Origin: a virus
Taxonomy: Duplodnaviria; Caudoviricetes
IMG/VR virus record: IMGVR_UViG_3300032225_000805
Location: 1 to 60,420 of that record
Length of the DNA stretch: 60,420 nucleotides
Reading direction: 5' to 3' (one strand)
Shown in pieces: positions 57,661 through 60,420 of the stretch. The notes beneath the pieces are model-generated. The model was given only the letters and a program-made list of their open reading frames with translations, did no database searches and was not told the DNA's origin. Positions within the stretch are counted from its first letter, which is position 1, and each line of letters begins with the position of its first letter. Position numbers and translations under genes: made by a program.

Positions 57661-60420
57661 ATGGAATTACAAGACGGAGAAGTTATCCCTAAAGGAAACA
57701 CAACATACAGCGAAGGAGATGCATTGCCTTACAATGAGGCAGCACCTGTCACTACAACTGATGGGATAGATGATACAGCCAAAAGAGCTAGGTACTACAA
57801 TGAGCTATTAAATGCTGTTAAAGACAGCCCAGAGGTCGCTAAGTTTAACCTAAAGCCAAAGTCAGACACTGACATTGTATCAGACGATGAGTTAGCTGGA
57901 TTAGGCTATCAATATGCAGACGTTTATAATAAGGATAAATATACAAAGGGTAAGTTAGTTGGGATTCCATATAAGCCACTTAATGTAGCTGGGAATAGCA
58001 GTCCATTCGCTTCTATAAACTACGAACTAGGAGACCAGATAGAGAACACATTGGTTGAAAAAAAGAATAAAGAAACCCTAACAGAGTACAACACCGCAGT
58101 AACAGAGCTAAACGACCCAAGTCTTACCATTGCCAATAGTATAACTGAGATAGACCCAAAGAAGCTTAGTTATGTGCAATATAAGAAACAAAGGCAAACT
58201 ATTCCAGAGTTACCAGATGTAGCATCCCCTGAAGACATTACCCCAGAGCACATGGCAAAAGCGCAGGTTGCTATGGCATCAAATACATACAATAAAATGT
58301 TGGATGCTGTAAAGGATGATAAAGAGGTTATTGCATTAGGATACAAACCAAAAAAATATGACGACATTGTTTCCCCTAAAGATGAACAATTCTTAGAAGA
58401 AAAATATAAAGAAAAACTAAATAAAGAGTATGCTGATAAAGCTAAAAGTCTTGGGATGAAGTTTACCCCAGTAGAGAAGCTGTGGGATTTCAATAGCGGA
58501 ATAACAGAACCTATTGACAATGCAATTAATAAAAAGAACGAAAATGAGTGGTTGGCTAATACAAATAAATTAGCTAAACAATATGGCATAGCTCCATTTA
58601 AGTCAGTTGAAGACTACGACCAAACGCATGTAGCAAAATGGGATGCATATAATGCAAAGCAATTAAAGAAAAACAACTCTACTATAGCTGAGTTAAATAG
58701 TAAGTTGCCAGTAAAGGAAAGGTTTCCAATAGTAAAAACGAATGAAGAATATCAGTTTATTTTTCCTAAATTAAAGGCTGCTGCCGCCAAAGTACAGGAA
58801 GCAGAAGTTAAGAAGTTTGAGGCAAAGCAAGTTGTTGAAGCATCTAAATCTGTAGCTGAATATAACAGGGTTACTGGGAGTAGATACACACTACCAAAAA
58901 CAAAAGGCGAAGCTAAGTTAGTTTTAGAAAAGATAAATAAAGAAGTATCAACATACAAGTCAAAAAAGAAAGCTATTGAAGATTGGAATGCTAACCCTAC
59001 AGGTAATCCATACGCTTCAGTAGGTCTTCCTAGGCCTATAGATGCACAAAAGCCTACAGCAGAGGTACTTGGTGCTAGATTAAGCGGTAACGAAATTATT
59101 TATCCTGCAAAAAAAACAACTCCAGCAGAAGAAAAGGCAGCAAGAGATGCAATTAGAGCAAGTATATCTGATTTAGATAAATCTCCAAAAGGTAAATTAA
59201 TTATAGAGAACTTAAAACAGTTAGACCCTTCATTAGTTCCTACACCTACAGCTGCTAATATTAAGTCTAAGCCATTTACTTCACCTGCTCAGACATATAC
59301 AGTAACTGTAACAGATGCAAATAGACCTTACCAAGAGCAACCATCGTACCAAGTAGATAGGAATTTATCTTATGTGTTATCTGAAAAATATACAAAAGAC
59401 CTTGAAGAACAAGGAAATCTTGTGAATATATCTATTAGAGATTTAGAGAAAAAGGTTAATGACTATACTTTAAACTATGAAAATTTAAAAAATAAAATAT
59501 CTAAAGAGGGCTATACCGAAGAAAATAACAAAGAGCTAGATAGGCTAGATGCATTGAGGGATAATTTATCTAAAGAAAACAATACAGTATCAGCACTTAG
59601 TACAATAAATAAGGTATATGCTGGACATGTATTTGATGCAAAAGCAACAAGAGGAAGTCTTACTGGTGCAGCATGGAACAATTTCGTAGCTGGAGGGGAA
59701 GACATGTTAAATGGTCTTTATTCTTTAGAGAAAACTATTGGGCTTGGATTCTCAAACCCACTGAAACCATTCGGATATAATTTTGTAAATAAGAATATTA
59801 AAGGGTTATTCCAAGGAGATGAGGTAGTTAGAAATATTGATGAGCAACAAAAGAAAGATATAATAGAGTTTGCCAATCAATTAAAATCTGCTTCTAGTAT
59901 ATTTAAAGCAAATGTATCCGATGAGTACGTTCAGAAAAAATTAGAAGAAGGGAGTATTGGTAGTATACTAATGCAACTTCCTAGGTCTGTTCCTGCTATG
60001 GCATTAGGTATGATTCCAATATTAGAACCAGTTGCAGCTGAAATATTTGCACTTCAAATACTTGGAGAAAAATTTCCAGCAGCTTTAAATGACCAAAGGA
60101 ATGCAAACCTAACTATAAATCAATTATTAGCAACAACATTGCCTAATGCTATGGTTCAGGGGTATATTGAAAACATGAGCATGAAAGCTTTTGGAAAATC
60201 AATGGCATGGGTAGGCCTTACTAAAAAGGCAGGTAGTGAAATTGCTGCAAAGGAATTAATATCAGCTAAAATGTTTTCAGACTTTATCCAAAGCGGGGTA
60301 AATAAGGTAGGACTAAATAAATATATTTCTGAAAACTTTGTAAAAACAGCTGGAATATTATTAGAGCAAACTACCATTGAAGGGTTTGAGAATGTACTAC
60401 AAGATGTAACAAATAATGTA
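57661..60420 (+). CDS. Large internal virion protein, N-terminal part, 3' truncated (not in ORF track)
   Basis: MELQDGEVIPK... after an A-rich leader; no stop seen in frame to the window end (920 codons, ends EGFENVLQDVTNNV). Confidence 0.8.
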   Translation, partial: MELQDGEVIPKGNTTYSEGDALPYNEAAPVTTTDGIDDTAKRARYYNELLNAVKDSPEVAKFNLKPKSDTDIVSDDELAGLGYQYADVYNKDKYTKGKLVGIPYKPLNVAGNSSPFASINYELGDQIENTLVEKKNKETLTEYNTAVTELNDPSLTIANSITEIDPKKLSYVQYKKQRQTIPELPDVASPEDITPEHMAKAQVAMASNTYNKMLDAVKDDKEVIALGYKPKKYDDIVSPKDEQFLEEKYKEKLNKEYADKAKSLGMKFTPVEKLWDFNSGITEPIDNAINKKNENEWLANTNKLAKQYGIAPFKSVEDYDQTHVAKWDAYNAKQLKKNNSTIAELNSKLPVKERFPIVKTNEEYQFIFPKLKAAAAKVQEAEVKKFEAKQVVEASKSVAEYNRVTGSRYTLPKTKGEAKLVLEKINKEVSTYKSKKKAIEDWNANPTGNPYASVGLPRPIDAQKPTAEVLGARLSGNEIIYPAKKTTPAEEKAARDAIRASISDLDKSPKGKLIIENLKQLDPSLVPTPTAANIKSKPFTSPAQTYTVTVTDANRPYQEQPSYQVDRNLSYVLSEKYTKDLEEQGNLVNISIRDLEKKVNDYTLNYENLKNKISKEGYTEENNKELDRLDALRDNLSKENNTVSALSTINKVYAGHVFDAKATRGSLTGAAWNNFVAGGEDMLNGLYSLEKTIGLGFSNPLKPFGYNFVNKNIKGLFQGDEVVRNIDEQQKKDIIEFANQLKSASSIFKANVSDEYVQKKLEEGSIGSILMQLPRSVPAMALGMIPILEPVAAEIFALQILGEKFPAALNDQRNANLTINQLLATTLPNAMVQGYIENMSMKAFGKSMAWVGLTKKAGSEIAAKELISAKMFSDFIQSGVNKVGLNKYISENFVKTAGILLEQTTIEGFENVLQDVTNNV

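Noticed and set aside
60361-60420. Exact circular closure of the window
   Set aside because: No terminal repeat seen, and the direct join gives an in-frame stop (atc tgt tag)
1-60420. Stop-codon reassignment
   Set aside because: Core genes are full length in the standard code and all three stop codons terminate genes

Overview
The window is most of the genome of a lytic, podovirus-type dsDNA phage, probably infecting a Bacteroidota host. Host evidence is the TAnnTTTG promoters, A-rich SD-less initiation regions and a BACON-like domain. A minus-strand arm (8.3-23.9 kb) holds replication genes (VirE-N primase-helicase, SF2 helicase-VRR-NUC fusion, SSB, exonuclease, two DnaA-IV-like proteins) and many small early genes. 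A 1.35-kb non-coding switch region carries ori-like repeats. A plus-strand arm (25.3-60.4 kb) encodes GroEL/GroES, lysis genes, terminase, portal, scaffold, capsid, tail and ejection proteins. A giant virion-type protein gene appears cut by the window ends (57661..>60420 and <2..8344). The top finding is that this giant looks like a modular polyvalent polyprotein: ART-like, HExxH peptidase, SAM-lyase-like and RelA/SpoT-like cassettes, three of whose boundaries carry a repeated SKQSR motif. Also notable are a 52-aa domain copied into three unrelated virion proteins and a set of apparently leaderless promoters. All family calls come from motif recognition by eye; no database searches were run.
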